Assembly (NCBI RefSeq): GCF_009914755.1
Contig: NC_060929.1
DNA length: 64,000 bases
DNA from: the human T2T-CHM13v2.0 reference genome, Homo sapiens
Strand: one strand, 5' to 3'
Shown here piece after piece: positions 16,501 to 31,490 of the stretch. Positions within the stretch are counted from its first letter, which is position 1; each line of letters begins with the position of its first letter. Under the pieces are notes generated by a model. That model worked only from the letters and a program-made list of their open reading frames with translations, searched no databases and was not told the origin of the DNA. A program made the translations under genes and the position numbers.

Positions 16501-16942
16501 GGTTGTGATACAGTTTCTGTGGCTGTGAAAATGTGAAGACATGAAATTATATGAATTAGGTATAGACACAGGGGTAACCTTGGTGGATGCAGGGAAGACA
16601 GAGTTTGCGGCTTTATGCTTAGGAGCTGGAGAGAGGTAGTTTCTCCTCCTCCACTTGTGGTCCTAAGAGGTCATCCAAGCACTTCTGGAAATTTCCATAG
16701 TATTACGTCAATCAGCATGTTTTCTCAAAATTGCCTTAAGTTCAAAGGTGCAGGCTGGGTTGGGGTCTTGGACATCTGAATGTCACAATCATAGCACATC
16801 TCTGCCACATTTATTACCAGGAAAAGCCCCCAGCAAATGGGTTTCACCTTTGAAGCAGTTAGAAGGTACTATTGCCTCCCTCATAGGCGGTAGGAAAAAA
16901 ACACTTGTTCATTCTGGATAGCTCTCCATTGACCGCTTGGAG

Positions 16943-17277
16943 CAGGAGACGACAAATTTTTCCTGTCAAGGGCCAGATAGTAAATATTCTTGGTTTTGCC
17001 AAGAGTCTCTGTCACGGGCACTCCACTCTGCCCCTGCAGGGCCCAAGCCACCATGGATGATACATAAATGAATGGGTATGGCTGCATCTCAGTAACGTTA
17101 TTTATGGATACTGAAGTTTGAATTTCATATAATTTTCACATATTACAGAACATTAATCATCTTTTGATTTTTCCCCCCAATCATTTAAAAATGCAGTCAT
17201 CATTCTTAGCTCATGGGCACTACTAAAGTAGATTGGTGAGCTACAAATGGCCCATGGGCCATTGTTTGCTGATGCAG
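16943..17277 (+). mobile_element. MER58B (hAT-Charlie MITE), full length
   Basis: caaatttttcctgtcaagggccagatagtaaatatt ... tttatggatactgaagtttgaatttcatataattttcaca ... ggcccatgggccattgtttgctga. Confidence 0.85.
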
Positions 17278-18814
17278 ACTCAGAAAAAACACTATCACAC
17301 TAGAGTTTTCTTTTTTTAAGTATGGATATCTTCCCTGTGTTTAATGTGATATAGATGAATTAAAGTTTTTTTTTCTTATGTAGCTAATTTTTCATTAAAT
17401 TCCTGGAAGTTTATTAATAAAGGATAATTCTAAGAACATGTGAATATGGAATAGAGAATCAACATAATCTCTTTTGTCAGTTTTTATTCAAATTAGATAT
17501 TGAATGTCACTGTGGTTATCTTCTTCTTTTATAAGATGTGCATAAAAATAAAATTACCTTACTTAAAAACATGCAAACATTAAATGCTAAAGTAGCCCAA
17601 CTCCAAGCAGGAGTGGATCTAACAGGCTGAAGGTGAAAAAAATTCTGACAGAAGAATAAATAGGCATTCTTTATCATCAAAACCAAGATATGTATTATTA
17701 ATATTGGGTGGCATTTATGATGTCAAAAATAAAATAAAGAGTATTTTGTGCCTTTCTCCCTATGATTCAGTGAAATACTGAAATGTAAATATCAATAATC
17801 AACTATAAAAGCAGCTTGGCTTGCCTTGATTTCAAAGCATGTAATTTAGCACCATAAGGCAGTTTAAGAAAATTGCTATGCTCTACTTAGTGGTCACTAG
17901 AAATTCCAGTAGTCTGAGGATGTAGAGATCTGCGTGCCAGGTTCTGAAGCAGAGAGCCAGCTCTGCCAGCCTCAGTCCCTGCCGGAGCTCATATATATCA
18001 TTAGGAAAGAAGGAGAGAGCTGTACTGTCTGCAGACCAGCAACACAGTCATTCCAGTTTACTTAGCAATGTGCAGCTTGATAATAAATGCAATTCTCAAC
18101 CTGTTTTTAATTATATCGATTTTGGAGTTAAGATAAGTGTTCTCTAGCAATCTAATTATGACATTTGACAGATTATGTTGCAAATGGCTCCAGATACTGG
18201 AAAACACTTGCGTTTTGTCGTGTGATCTGTGGTTGTATTCAATTGAAAATATATATTTAATCCAGGAGAGCTATATAACTGATTGAACCATTTGCAATTG
18301 CCAACATCCAACCTTCACACAATAATTTTGTGATTCAATCTATTAGTGTATATGAAATAAATTGTCTGCCTTTCAAAATATGCTACATGTTTAGTAAATA
18401 TGTTTTTGTTCCAAGCTTGCCAAATAGGTAGACAATATCATGAAAAAAACACTTACCATCATCAAGCATACGTCTTTCACGTCCTACAAATGACTACGTC
18501 CTTGGGGTACTTAGATTCATTACGTAAGTGAATAACGATGGGCTTAACATTAGTATTGCTTCTTTCAATTTTTCTCTTTGACAAAATGAGCTTACAATCG
18601 CCATTTGCTTCCTTTCATTCAGATTATACCAAGGTAGCCTGAATTAAAGTCATATTCTGTTTCTACCATTATCATTACAGACATTGATAGAAGCAGGTCA
18701 CAGTGCTTGTGGGGATAGTGGACACAGACACACACCTTTCATTTGGGAGTGTTATTGAAGCTCCCGCGCAGAGCCCACCCCCTGTGGACAGGCCACCCAG
18801 TGGGGTCCTGATTA

Positions 18815-19024
<210 letters not shown>

Positions 19025-22000
19025 TCAACAGAGGGACATCAAAGCTCAGGCGACCTCCAAACAGAACTTGTTTAATCAAAGACATATTCAAATTTTTTTG
19101 GACAAAATTGTTGAAATTCCCAGGAAACCAAATGAATAGCATGAAATGGCAGCAATATGTCAACCTAATCAGCCTGTTGGCATCACCCAGCTGCCTGGCT
19201 TTGCGACCAAACATGATCTCACTCTAAAAATGACAACGTTTCTGAGATAAACCCACATGGAACAAGACCAGTGAAATGTTATTTTTCTCAAAACCTAATG
19301 AATGTAGCTAGGTTCTTCACTAAAGGAATCAGGTAGATAGTCAGTCCTAAAAATCTGTTATTAGCCCATAGCCCTTGCACCTTAAATTGTACAATAGAAA
19401 TTATTTTAAATGGCGAGCCACAATGGCAAAGCCATCTTGATGTTGTTCCTAAAAAGTGAACTAGAAATTGTTCCCATCAGCAGTTTTTCCCTGGGAAAAG
19501 GATAAAGCAAAATGTTTGAACTTACAACAGCCTAAATCCCCGAGAGAAGCAGATATTAAAGAAAGAGGTTTCAAGTTATATTTTCCTTTACTCTGACCCT
19601 CTAAATTGAAGCATTTACATTTAGCCTGCCTCTCTCTGAAAAAGTTAGGAATGATTGCCACTAACTGGTTTAATGTATAAATTGCGGCTACACACCACTT
19701 TGCTTTGTAGTATTTATAAATCCTTATTTGTGTCACTTCATTGCATGATATGGGAAGAGGTGTTGATGTGAGGCAATGCTATGGACCAGAGAATCACGAG
19801 AAAGTCTCTGAAGAAAGGAAGCCTCTGTACATCAGGAAATAAGACTTTAGTGAGGGTGAAGAGGCTGGCTTGACAGACAGGAAAGAGGACGTTGATTGAG
19901 AGCCAATATTTTATCTGACGTACAGTCAGAACCACTGGAGCAGAAACGTCACGAAAATCATTTGCGTTGGGGCAATGAGATGGCCTTGGGGCATCAAGGA
20001 GAGGTGGCATCTTCCATGTTGAATACAGAACACGGACAAGAACCAAAGGAGACAATGGCTGATTTTGGGAATGAGCCTTCAGCTACATCCTACAACTAAT
20101 CCCCACATGGCGTAATGGGATTTAACTGGCAACTGTCTTTCAGCAGCCCTAGTTCAGCCTCTCTATTCCGGACTAACATATCAGGGTGCTGGGATTCCTT
20201 GATCTTGGCCATGTCGGGACAGCTCTCCTTCCATTTTGCCTTCCTCAAGGACCACTTCAAAGCCAAAGTCTTCAAATGCTGGATGTTAGGTCTGTTTTGT
20301 CAGGAACATATAAACTCAAAATTGTAATATTCTTGTCTAGAATATTTGAGAAAAAAAGCCATTGTAAAGTTTTAAAATTGCCAATAGAAAAATGTTTTAC
20401 TGGTATATTTAACGTGGGCTACTTTAAATTTAAGTACACAGAGAACAGTATTCCTGAATAATTGGAGAAGTGGTGAGAATTCTATGAATTCAGTGTTAAT
20501 AAAAACCACTGAGTATTTTGAGGAGGAGAAAGGGACAGGGCAGGCAAGTTCCTTACCATTCTCTTTGCTGGTAATTAAATTCTGATTTAGATAGCGCTCC
20601 GATGAATGACAGATTCAAAGTAACTGTTTTGCATAATTAGGTTCATCGCATCTGATCTGTCAAATGCCAACATCACTCTGAATATTACCTCAAGCTTAAA
20701 TTTTCCAGGAATATATTTAAGTACAGTATGCTTTGAGTTCCTGTTGTCAATTCTTATTCCTGAAGGTTTTGAAAATATTGCTAAGGATTTAAAAATGTAA
20801 AAATAAAAAAAAAAACAGTCATCACATCCAAATGCAGAGAAAAATAAAAGTTATCCATCACTGGTACATTTAGAATTGTTACTTTATCACTATTCCTTTA
20901 TTCTAAGCCTCAAAAAAACATCCAATGATGACCAATGAGAGGATCTGCTGAACTTTTAAGTGGTAACATGGTCTTAGGCTATATGTAAAAATCCTCTTAT
21001 TACATGCATTTATTTGGCATTCAGAAATTTTCATTAGTGGCATTAATCAAATTGATGACCAAGGGTGCTAGGCAAGGAAGAAGAATCTTAAGGTAAAGTC
21101 TACCTATGTGGATATCAGTCTTTTGATGTGCTGATATTATTACGAATATAATAATCAAATTAACTATCTGAATAGGATACTATACTTTTTTACATATTAG
21201 AGGGCTCTGAGTAAAACTATAAGTTCATAGTGTTTCCCTGTGTAAATGCTTGTGCAAAATACAGTTGCATATGTAAGCCTTATGCATAGTTCTGAATCAG
21301 ATAAGGCATTTTAAAAAGAACATTATTTACACTTCTTTTTATCCACTGTGATCAAGTTTTGATTGCTCAAGGGTGGGCACAGTTATTGGCAAGAGAGACA
21401 CAGAGAACTATGGGAAAGAAAAGGGCCAAGGAAACAAAGGTTAAAGATGTCACTGCTGGAATTCATGTGTTCAACCGCCCGTGTTCAAGAAAGAACATTT
21501 TAGATCCATATGAACAAGGCCTATTTTATTTGGGGCAATTTCAAGAAAAAATTCTCACACAATGTTTTCTGGGAATCTGCTACAAAATGTCATTAGATGG
21601 TGTATATATTTGCTGATTCAAATTAAATGTCCTTTTGTTTAGTAGTAATTTTTTTCATCATTATGGTCTATTTGAAAGTGAATCTCAAGCGTCACACTGG
21701 ACTCAAAACGTCATTCATGAGAATTTACATCTTTGCCAGGGACTGGAACTCTGTTATTATAATAAGAAAAAATGTTGGAGAAAATTCAACTTTGTCTAAA
21801 ATGTTATAGATGTCAAGGCCAAATGTTCTTGCCAATTATGCTGGTGCAGAACAATCCTGGGAACCTGGCCTTGACCAAGACCCTGCAGGATGGCAAAGTG
21901 CAATCAAAACATGGATGAGCCAAAGAGAAAAGGGGAAGTAGATCCACAGACCAGACCAACTTTCCTGATGGTTTCCCCTGCCATGACAGACATAATGTCA

Positions 22001-22849
22001 TGCAATCATAATCCCTGTGTCTATAAAGCATTTCATGACCAATTACCGCAACAATTCCTACATCATCCAGCATTAACGTCTCAATTTTATAATAGGGTTT
22101 TGCTCTTCCTATTTCTTCTCTTCACAGGGCAAAACTGGGGCCTAGAGAGCTCAGGCACTGGCAATTTTTCATATACAATGCGTTTCTGAAAATGAGCTTG
22201 AAGACTCACAGCTGAAACATGGGTACTTGGCTTACAGGTTAAGGAAGATTTCATGATGCAGGAGGACTAAAGGGTATTGGAATTTCCCTAGATATGTTCT
22301 GTGCTGGGTGCTGCTCCTATAGGTTCAGAGAGCCCCCCAAAACTGGGAAGGGCTTTCAAGCTGATCTAGGACTAAGCCTGAGGCATTTGCTGTATAAGAA
22401 CTACCACATATCCTGTCATGGAACCTCAGAGCCATCTCTTCTTCACCACAGCTACAGGTGACCTGAATGGATGCTTAAACAGCTCAGAACCTACCTGACT
22501 ACTGACCACTTGGCTGTGGGGTTGGTGTTGGGGGAGCGAGGAAAGGGTTCAGTCCTATGGCAGGGAGGGAGGTATAGATTCTAGGGACCCAGAGAGGTGG
22601 GCAGAAGGGACCACTGGAGAATGAAGGGACACAAGACCTCAGACATCCCCTGCTTCTATGTTGACACGTTTAATCCTTGGCTCTCATTTCCATGTACAAC
22701 TACTATGAAGAATCATGACAACATGGCTCAGCCTCAAATTCTACACATGAAAGGTGGCCTCAGGGTGTTGATGTTCAATAGTTTGAGGTAAACAGAAATG
22801 GTATCTAAAGTAGTAATTTTCCTGCTGTTTCTTGTGTCACTTTTGCCCA

Positions 22850-23045
22850 CAGAACTTGAAATAAGAATATGTGACTTCTGTCCCAGATCTGTCTCTAACC
22901 AGTTGGATAAACCCAGGAAACACACCAAACTCTTTGATCCCCAGTTTCCTCAAGTGTAGAAACAGAGATAATAATATAAATGGTATTGTTGGAGGGTCAG
23001 ATGAGAGAGACTATGTGTGAAAGTGCTCTGCAATTGATAAAGCCA
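22850..23045 (+). mobile_element. MIR fragment
   Basis: 'cagtttcctcaagtgtagaaacagagataataata...gtgtgaaagtgctctg'. Confidence 0.7.
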
Positions 23046-23704
23046 CATCAAAATAGGTGTCCTCATGCCAATGAATCTTTGAATCAATAAATTATGTCAC
23101 CTCATGCAAATATATCTTTTGATTTGACAAAATAGTTGAATACCTCTTACCATAAACTATCCAAATTTCAAAAACAAGTTGAAGATTTCATTTTGAAATA
23201 ATCTAAATAACAACCATTTTTCTGATAATTCTGTGAAGTATTATTGCAAAATGTGAATGTTATAGTTTTATCTTTTCTTAAAAATGTGTTCTTTCTAATG
23301 GATTATTGCAAAAAATGTAGGAATGAATGACGTTCATAAGGAAAGAAAACACTGAAATGACCACAAAAAGGTGACATCCTTTTTAGAAAGGAATAGGGCA
23401 TAAATTAAATCTCCAAATTGAAAATAACAAATACCTGCTAATTCAGTAGGAAGCCAGTGACAGATCTCAGGGGGTTCTTGACACAGAAAATAATTACAAG
23501 GCTGAAAAGGGCTACATATGGCTCACCGCCTTGTGTCTTGCCTGTTCCTGTTCCACACCATGTTTTCCTTGAGTCAACAAGGCTCTGTTTTCATTTGGCC
23601 AACAAAACAATGTATTTATTATTTTTGGAACGATTTGTAACTAAATTTCTATGTACTAGATTTTACATCTATCATTTGTAGGTACTAGTTAATCCTATGG
23701 ATCT

Positions 23705-24020
23705 ATATATTCATTCAACACATTCAACAAGTGCCTGGGAACCTCCAGGAGTTGAGGATGTCCTAGTGCTCAAAACAGACAAGGTCCCTGGCTTTGAAAA
23801 TAAGTTATTACATGCAGGAGGATGGAGGTAAAGGTGTTGAAGAAAAATGAGGCAGGGCAGTGAGAAAAGAGATAAAGTGTCAGGAGGTTGTGGTGTTGGG
23901 ATAGGGGGATCAAGAAAGTTCTTTCTGAGCACCTGACATTTTAGCAGAGAGCTGCAGACAGTAAGAGAATGAGCCTCACTGGAGAAAGAGCTGTATGGTT
24001 CTCAGGCGGAGGGAACCAGC
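23705..24020 (-). mobile_element. L2 3' end fragment
   Basis: Starts ttcattcaacacattcaacaa... then aaaacagacaaggtccctg, typical of the reverse L2 tail. Confidence 0.65.
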
Positions 24021-24344
24021 AGCAGACACGAAGGGTCCCTCCGGGATTTCAGAATATACACAGAAGTGATTTTATGTGTACTGAAACCACATCATCTTTA
24101 AAAGAAATACCAGTAAGTATATGAAATCTTTACGAGTTCATACTACAATTGATTGGACGAATGAAAGGATTTTTTTAACTCAAAATTTCAAAATCACGGA
24201 AACACATTTTTATTAGAAGGATTTGCAGCATTCAATGGGAGATCACATAACCTTGGGAGAACTGCATAGCTGAAAATTCAGCTCCAACTACTTGGGTTTT
24301 TTTTTTTTTTTTACATTTCAATTTTCATTCCTTAGAATAGGATT

Positions 24345-24530
24345 AATTCTCAAATCTTAGTTTATTCCTCAAAGAATCATCTAGAAAACTTGCTGAAAAT
24401 GCTGACTTCTGAATACAACCCCCAAGAGATTCTGATTAGGTCAGCCAAGTGGGATGCATCAATGCACATTTTAATGGGCACCCCCGAGCCTCCTGGTTCT
24501 AATGCTGGGATCACACTGTGAGCCATCCTG
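24345..24530. mobile_element. MER5-family hAT relic
   Basis: ttctcaaa...agaatcatctagaaaacttgctgaaaatgctga...ccccaagagattctgatt... Confidence 0.6.
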
Positions 24531-26844
24531 TCCCAAATAAAGGAGAAAAAGAGGAGATGGGCATATTTATTTTCAAAAAATAAGCATCTAATGTGTTACA
24601 CCTTCCATTTATCATTTGTTGCTTTATTCAAACAATTCCACTTAATACAGGTTATGCCAATTATTTTACTACATTAATAAAACAGGTCCATGCTGGATTT
24701 TTTAAATTGGAATCCATTCATATTATTTTATTTATATACTCTATAATCTATGACTCTCTAATTTAATGCAAATTCACCTGCCTTTACAAAGAAATATATT
24801 TTTCCATGTTTTCATTTTGCAGTATCAATATAGTTTATAAGGACATACTGCTATGTAACTGGTGTCTTCAAATTTAGCATCCAGTTTCAAATGCTTATTT
24901 GCAAAGAAATGGAGGGAGAAAAAGAAGGGTCTAAATGACATAGTATTCACATAGCCAGAGTGAGCAGGCTTAATGTGTTTGTGAACAGTTCTTTCATTAT
25001 TGAGATAAAGTGCTGTTGTATGGAGAAAAAAGTAAATTTCTTATGATATGAAGAAAAGTCCAAAATAAAATTGAGGTTTTTAAAAACTGTAAGGTCAGTT
25101 AATGCACTGATAATTATTAACGAAACTACAACTTTGAAGGGCAAAAGGGAACTTCTATAGAGAAGGGTGGGGCCTGGACTAGATGCCAATTTTTCCCTTG
25201 CAAATCTACACTGCTGTTGTTCCTTTGTGGACATCCTGATTTTAGGGGTATGTCCCATGATGATAGGTCAGCATCGCTAGGCAACATGGCTTTGCAGGTA
25301 GTCAGCCTGTACTCTATGATAGTTGATGGCTTTGAAATAGCTATTTTCTGGACTTTGAACCTCTTAAAATGTTTGGCTTGATACCTGTTATCATGAAACT
25401 CCAAGGGGAAAAGGTGATATCAGCATATAAACACTTTGAGATATACAAAAACTAACATAACTTTGGTTAACATTATCTCAGAAATGTGTACTAGGTAAAT
25501 TGTTGAGAGGTGCAAATATTACATCTTAGATCTGAAGAATACCTCATCATAATAAAACTTATCTCAAAGAAGGCACATTAAGAAAGGTGTGCCTCAAATG
25601 CTACTTCAGGAGTATCCATGAGGAACTGGGCACATTCACATCCTTCCTTCTGAACTCTGTTTCCTGAGATTGACTTGTTTTATTCTTGATTTTTGCTTTT
25701 GACCTAAATCAAAACTCCAAAGTCTCCTTCCTAATCCTATGTTAATTCAAAACTTAAATTTGCTATTTAAAGGGCCCCAAAATATTTTCCTATGTATTCT
25801 GAATCAAGCCTATCAACTGAATTTCATTTGCAAATGATCATTACTTTGTTGTAATTAATTTGACATCTTATATCATGTTGTTATAAATGCAAAGATATAA
25901 AGACACATTTCTCATATAGATTGAGTCGTATTTCAGACTTACGTTTGGAAGGAACATTGTTAATTCATATGATTTCAAAGATAAAATTGCACTGAAACCA
26001 AATAATTCCAGTGTAACAGGCCATCTGATAATATAAAATGATCTTATTATAAATCTATTTTTGGAAAGAAAAAAATGCCCTCCTATTTCATCATATTTCA
26101 TAAATGTTAGATTTTCTTATACTAACTTAGTACAGCTTTGCTGCTTTCACTAATAACTTGAATACTATGCAGTCTCTGGCAGCGTACAAAACACAGAATT
26201 TGTTCCCATAACTTTGCTGATGAGGTTTTCCGATACAATTTATTGTCATGATGAAACCTCATCACACCTTTTACAAAATGAATACTGTAAACTATTGGGA
26301 CTCAAATACTTTCCAGCAAAAATAATTTAAAAGTCAAAATCACTGCCCAGGACATCATGGTAAGTGTGTCCATGTGATCTCATCCCTAGAAAAGTATATG
26401 CCCCTTGTTCCTGTACTTTCTTTTTAACCACAAGCATCTATTCCCAAACTGTTAGGAAAACAGGCTTCCTTTGTTCAGTTCTTTTTGTAACAGGCAGGCA
26501 TCTGGAAAATAATGATAGTGGTAACGGAGTATAATGAGTAATGTGGGGTCCTGTGTCAAGCTTTGCATTTTTACTTGCAGTGGAAGGTTGTTCTTCCTCT
26601 CTAGTGAAATGGATGGAGTGTAATACCCCACCCCTCATGCACGGCTTCAACTTAACAAAGAACCGGTAGGAACCTATGGCTAAGGTGGTACTGGTAATAG
26701 TAAAACATATGAAGTACACAGGGATGGTTTGACACCTGCAACCAATATCTGTTTTGGGTTTCCTATCTCACAGGAAGTAGAAAGTAGCACCAAATTTACT
26801 AGCCACGTATTTTGGTGTTTTTCAAAATGCCACAGGCATATGAA

Positions 26845-26970
26845 TGCCTTAATTGGAATGCAGGTTCTGGCTCAGTGGGTTTGAGGAAGGGCCTGAGGTT
26901 CTTCATTTTTAGCAAGTTCTCAGGCAATGCTGGCGCTGCTGGTCCACGGACCACCCTTTGAGAAGCCAGG
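26845..26970. mobile_element. MER5-family hAT relic (half)
   Basis: gggcctgaggttcttcatttttagcaagttctcaggcaatgctggcgctgctggtccacggaccaccctttgag. Confidence 0.7.
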
Positions 26971-27376
26971 ACATATTTGTCTAGCTATGAATACATATCT
27001 GGTCTCTAGGAGCCCCGGAGACAGACCATCAATGCCGTGGTCTCTCCTGCCTCAGTGCTAGGATTACAGGTGTGATCCACTGTGCCCAGCACTCCTGCTT
27101 TGTTAGGCAAACACAAGTGGCCTCAATAAAGGCACAGTTCAAGAGTATAGCTAGACACTGGCAATGCAGGTGCTCATCAGCTTGGGCTCTGCAAGCACAA
27201 GCTGTGCTGGCCATGACAACTGTGACCATTCTATCAGCTGCTGCAGAGTGACTGATCTTAGCTACAGTTGTCCGGGCCCCACACCAGGGGGACTTCAAAG
27301 GCCTTAATGAGCAGGATAGCTGGGGCAAGAGTCACTTCTAGTGGGGAAAGAGCATCTTTCTATCTCTAGGGTGGAC

Positions 27377-27500
27377 TTTTTTTAAGACAGGGTCTCACTA
27401 TGTTGCTCAAGCTGGTCTCAAACTCCTGAGCTCAAGTGATCCTCACACTTCAGTCTCTCCAGTAGCTGGGACTACAGGGGACCCACCACCATGTCTGGGT
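27377..27500 (-). mobile_element. Alu monomer (FLAM-A/FAM-like)
   Basis: ttttttaagacagggtctcactatgttgctcaagctggtctcaaactcctgagctcaagtgatcc...; flanked by direct repeat agggtgga (27368-27375 and 27502-27509). Confidence 0.85.
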
Positions 27501-27632
27501 CAGGGTGGATATTTTAGACATGGGTGGGCTGGAACATTTTTGCTATGATTATGGTGTTTCTTGGGTGATTCTGGAGAGGCAAGTATCTAGGTTCCCTGCA
27601 TTGCCACAATACCCACATAGGTAAGGATAGCT

Positions 27633-27810
27633 CAGGGCTTCTCAACCCTGAAAGAACATGCACAGCATTTGAATGGGAGACTTTTTAAAAGAGGAATGAT
27701 GCTGTGGCTGCATTCCAGACCAGGACCTCAGGGGAGGGGCCCAGGGAATGGAATAGTTCAAAGATTCTCCAGGCTTCTCCAAGAAGCATCCAATCTCTGG
27801 ATGGCCAGGG
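27633..27810. mobile_element. MER5-family hAT relic
   Basis: cagggcttctcaaccctg...gagactttttaaaa...cattccagacc...ttctccagg. Confidence 0.5.
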
Positions 27811-30002
27811 GTCAAACTAATAGATTTGGGGCTAGATGTAGGATCTTGAGGAGCATGTGTCAAGGTTTGGTCCTCAGCAGACTCTTTAAGGCTGAAGCTT
27901 CAGAATATCCCCAGAAATATCCATTCCTGAAAGTGAGGGAAGGAAAGAACCTCTTCTTAGATGAGGTTTTAGTGTCAGAAATTTGCGGGTACCTTTGAAA
28001 GTAGAGGCTGCTTTTTGCCCCTGGCATGCTACACCTAGGGGCATGTCCCTAGCATGCCTCCTGCTGGGAAGTCCCTGGGAGGTCACAGGTTGTGGCCAGG
28101 CAGAGATGGCAGGACATTTCCTGCCTCTGCCTTTTCCCTTTCCTTCTGCAGGTCTCTGGGCTGGATCAAGCCTTATGTCTGAGGAGGGTGGGGTCAGTGC
28201 TGTGATGATCACGTGTGTCTTGTGAACTCTTGCTATAAAGAACTACTGTAACCATACCCTTCAAGTGAGAGACAGTCCTGACTGAAGCTAGGGAAAAGAC
28301 CCCTAGAAAGACTCTACCCAGGCACCCTAAACCCTTCTCAGCTGAGACCAGGTAGAATAAGAAATTATGGAGTGATTGAAATTTTGAATTTGTAATATCT
28401 TTGTACAGAAGAACAACATAACTTGACATCAGACTTGTAACAAAAGTCTTTTGACATGAGCATGTAAAGAAATTTAATCTATGAAGGTTAATTTTTACCT
28501 GGGAGAAGGCTTGTGTTTAAGATTTGCTTCAAACTACCTCTCCTCCCTGGGAGTAGCTTTTGGCAGCTACTAGGAGGAGTGGGCCCAGAGTCTTCACCAC
28601 CACAATCTTCTGTTTGTCCTGATTAACTACAGATGCAGGGCGATCTATGACTCGGTATTTTATTCATTAGTGACTTACCAGAGTTTTTAATGGGCATATT
28701 CACACAGATACTCTTCCTTATCAAGGAGGGGGATAAAATTCAACAAGTGGCATTTTATTTCTCAACAGCTGTGTCTCAATACCCCATCAGTGCAATATTC
28801 CAACAGTGCATCTGGAGTCTGGCTTCCAGACCTCATTATTATGGATCACTACGAATATTTCCATGGAAATAATCCAGAACAAGGTGCTCCCAATCTACTT
28901 TTTTTTTTTTTTTTTGTTACATCAAGATGCAAAGCAGACCTGTGGGCTGAAGCTTCAGAGAGCCCAGAAGTCTCCATTCTGCTTTCCAGAGTGCTGACTG
29001 CTGTGGGAACTAAGCTAAGTATTCATTTTTGATTATGTGGCTTCTGCCCATCAAAGGGGTACAGATGAACTTTTCAAGGTATGAACAGGAATAAGGCTTA
29101 ACAAGCAAGAATAGGATTAAACATGCAGTTGTCTTTGTAAATGGGTTCAAATATTTTGAAAAACATGTAAACGAAGATGTTTTACATCTCAACATCCTAA
29201 ACAGAGGCCTTTTTCCTCAGATTGCATAAGATAGGTAATAGGTAGGCTGCAGAAATTCCCTTTAAACCATTAGACATTTAGCTTCTAAAATACAAACTGA
29301 AAATGTATTCTCCCTATATCATTTTCTTCTACTTCTTTGTATCTTTCACCAACACTCAGAGTGACCTCTGTCATAACTCCAGAAGAAAAAGACACCCTAA
29401 CTCTCAACATAATTTAGAGGGAGGAAACGACAAGTAAACAGCTTCACAGATTAGTAATTCTCTGTACTTATATTTTACAACTTCTCTATATCAACATTTT
29501 ATTAATTTTTATTATTTTATTCAACATAATATTCAGCATATATAAAACGAGTTGGAGAAGAGAGGAATTCTGTTATGTAATAAACAGTTCTAAGGAGAAC
29601 TAAAATTTTCCTTTGATTCTTTTCCTCTCAAAAGCTTTAATATGTGTGTATGTGCATGTATATGTTAAAGTTCAATTAGTTATTGGGTTATGTATGTATA
29701 ATGATCATTTGAATCGCAGTTGTATTCATTAAAACATTAATTTTCTAGTTGAATACAAAATTGATGAAACCAATCTATAGCCAAAATTCTCTCACCTCCT
29801 TTTTCAAATGTTGTCATTATCCAGATAATACTGTTAAACAACCAACTGGTTTTGTACCCTAGTGATGTTAGTGATGCTTTCTAGTACAGAAAGTCAATTT
29901 GTTTTGACTACATACAATAAATACTACATATCTGAAAAAAGCTACCAAGTTGGGGGAAAGGGGACTGTTTTTGGTCATGTGAATAACAACAAGCGAACTG
30001 AC

Positions 30003-30345
30003 TACTAGGGTCTAAATGTTTGTGCTCTCCTCGCCCCCCGATTATGTTGAAAGCTAACACCCAGTGTGATGGTGTTAGGAGGTGGGGCCTCTGGGAGGTG
30101 ATGAGGTCATGAGGGTGGACATGTCATGAGTGGGATTAGTGCCCTTACACCCGAGAGAGCAAGGTGAGGACACAGCAAGAAGGGGCCATCGATGAGCCGA
30201 AAAGTGGACCCTCATGGGACAATGAATCTGCCATCACCTTTATTTTGGACTTTCCAGCCTCCAGAACTAGGAGAAATAAATCTCTGTTGTTTGTAAGTTA
30301 CACAATTTATGATATTTTTTATAGCAACCTAAACAGACTAAGACA
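30003..30345 (+). mobile_element. MaLR solo LTR (MLT1A-like)
   Basis: LTR motifs ttaggaggtggggcc, ggactttccagcctccagaact..gagaaataaa and terminal agactaagaca. Perfect 5-bp TSD ctgac at 29998-30002 and 30346-30350. Confidence 0.92.
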
Positions 30346-30423
30346 CTGACTCAGCCATGGAAAAAGCTGTGGCATTATCTGCTTCTAACCACCTGAGCTT
30401 AAGACCTGAGTGATGAATGCCTT

Positions 30424-30482
30424 TGTGTGTGTGTGCGTGTGTGTGTGTTCATGTATCTGTGTGTGTGTGTGTGTGTGTGTGT
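30424..30482. repeat. Interrupted (TG)n microsatellite
   Basis: Two TG runs separated by tcatgtatc. Confidence 0.95.
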
Positions 30483-30934
30483 ATTTCTTATTCTAAAGAG
30501 AAATAAATACTGACTTCCCCTTTCTACATCAATTTTCTATTTTGGTCTCTCTTTTTCATGCCACTAACTCTTTCCAATTCCTCAGTAATCTTTGATAATT
30601 TATCATATTTGAGAAAGAAAAATCCAGTGACAGCTTCTTTCCACAGTGTCAAGGGCAGTATTTTCCACTGTGCATTCTCGAGTTAGAATTTCTGGAGGGG
30701 AAGGCAGGGCATTCAGACTGGCAGTCTTCCTTCAGAATGAGTGGGGGGTTGGGGGAGCAGTCCCAACTTCCTCATCACTCCATACGCTTGTACTATCTAA
30801 TGTAAACCAGCATCTATAACAGAAGTCTAGAAGTTTCTTCAAGAGAACACCTCTCAGAGTAAGCACTGGCTACAGGGTCGCCATTTTGGTAGGAGAGATG
30901 TTTGTCAGGGGGTGTCAACCTAGAACTGTCTTGA

Positions 30935-31490
<556 letters not shown>

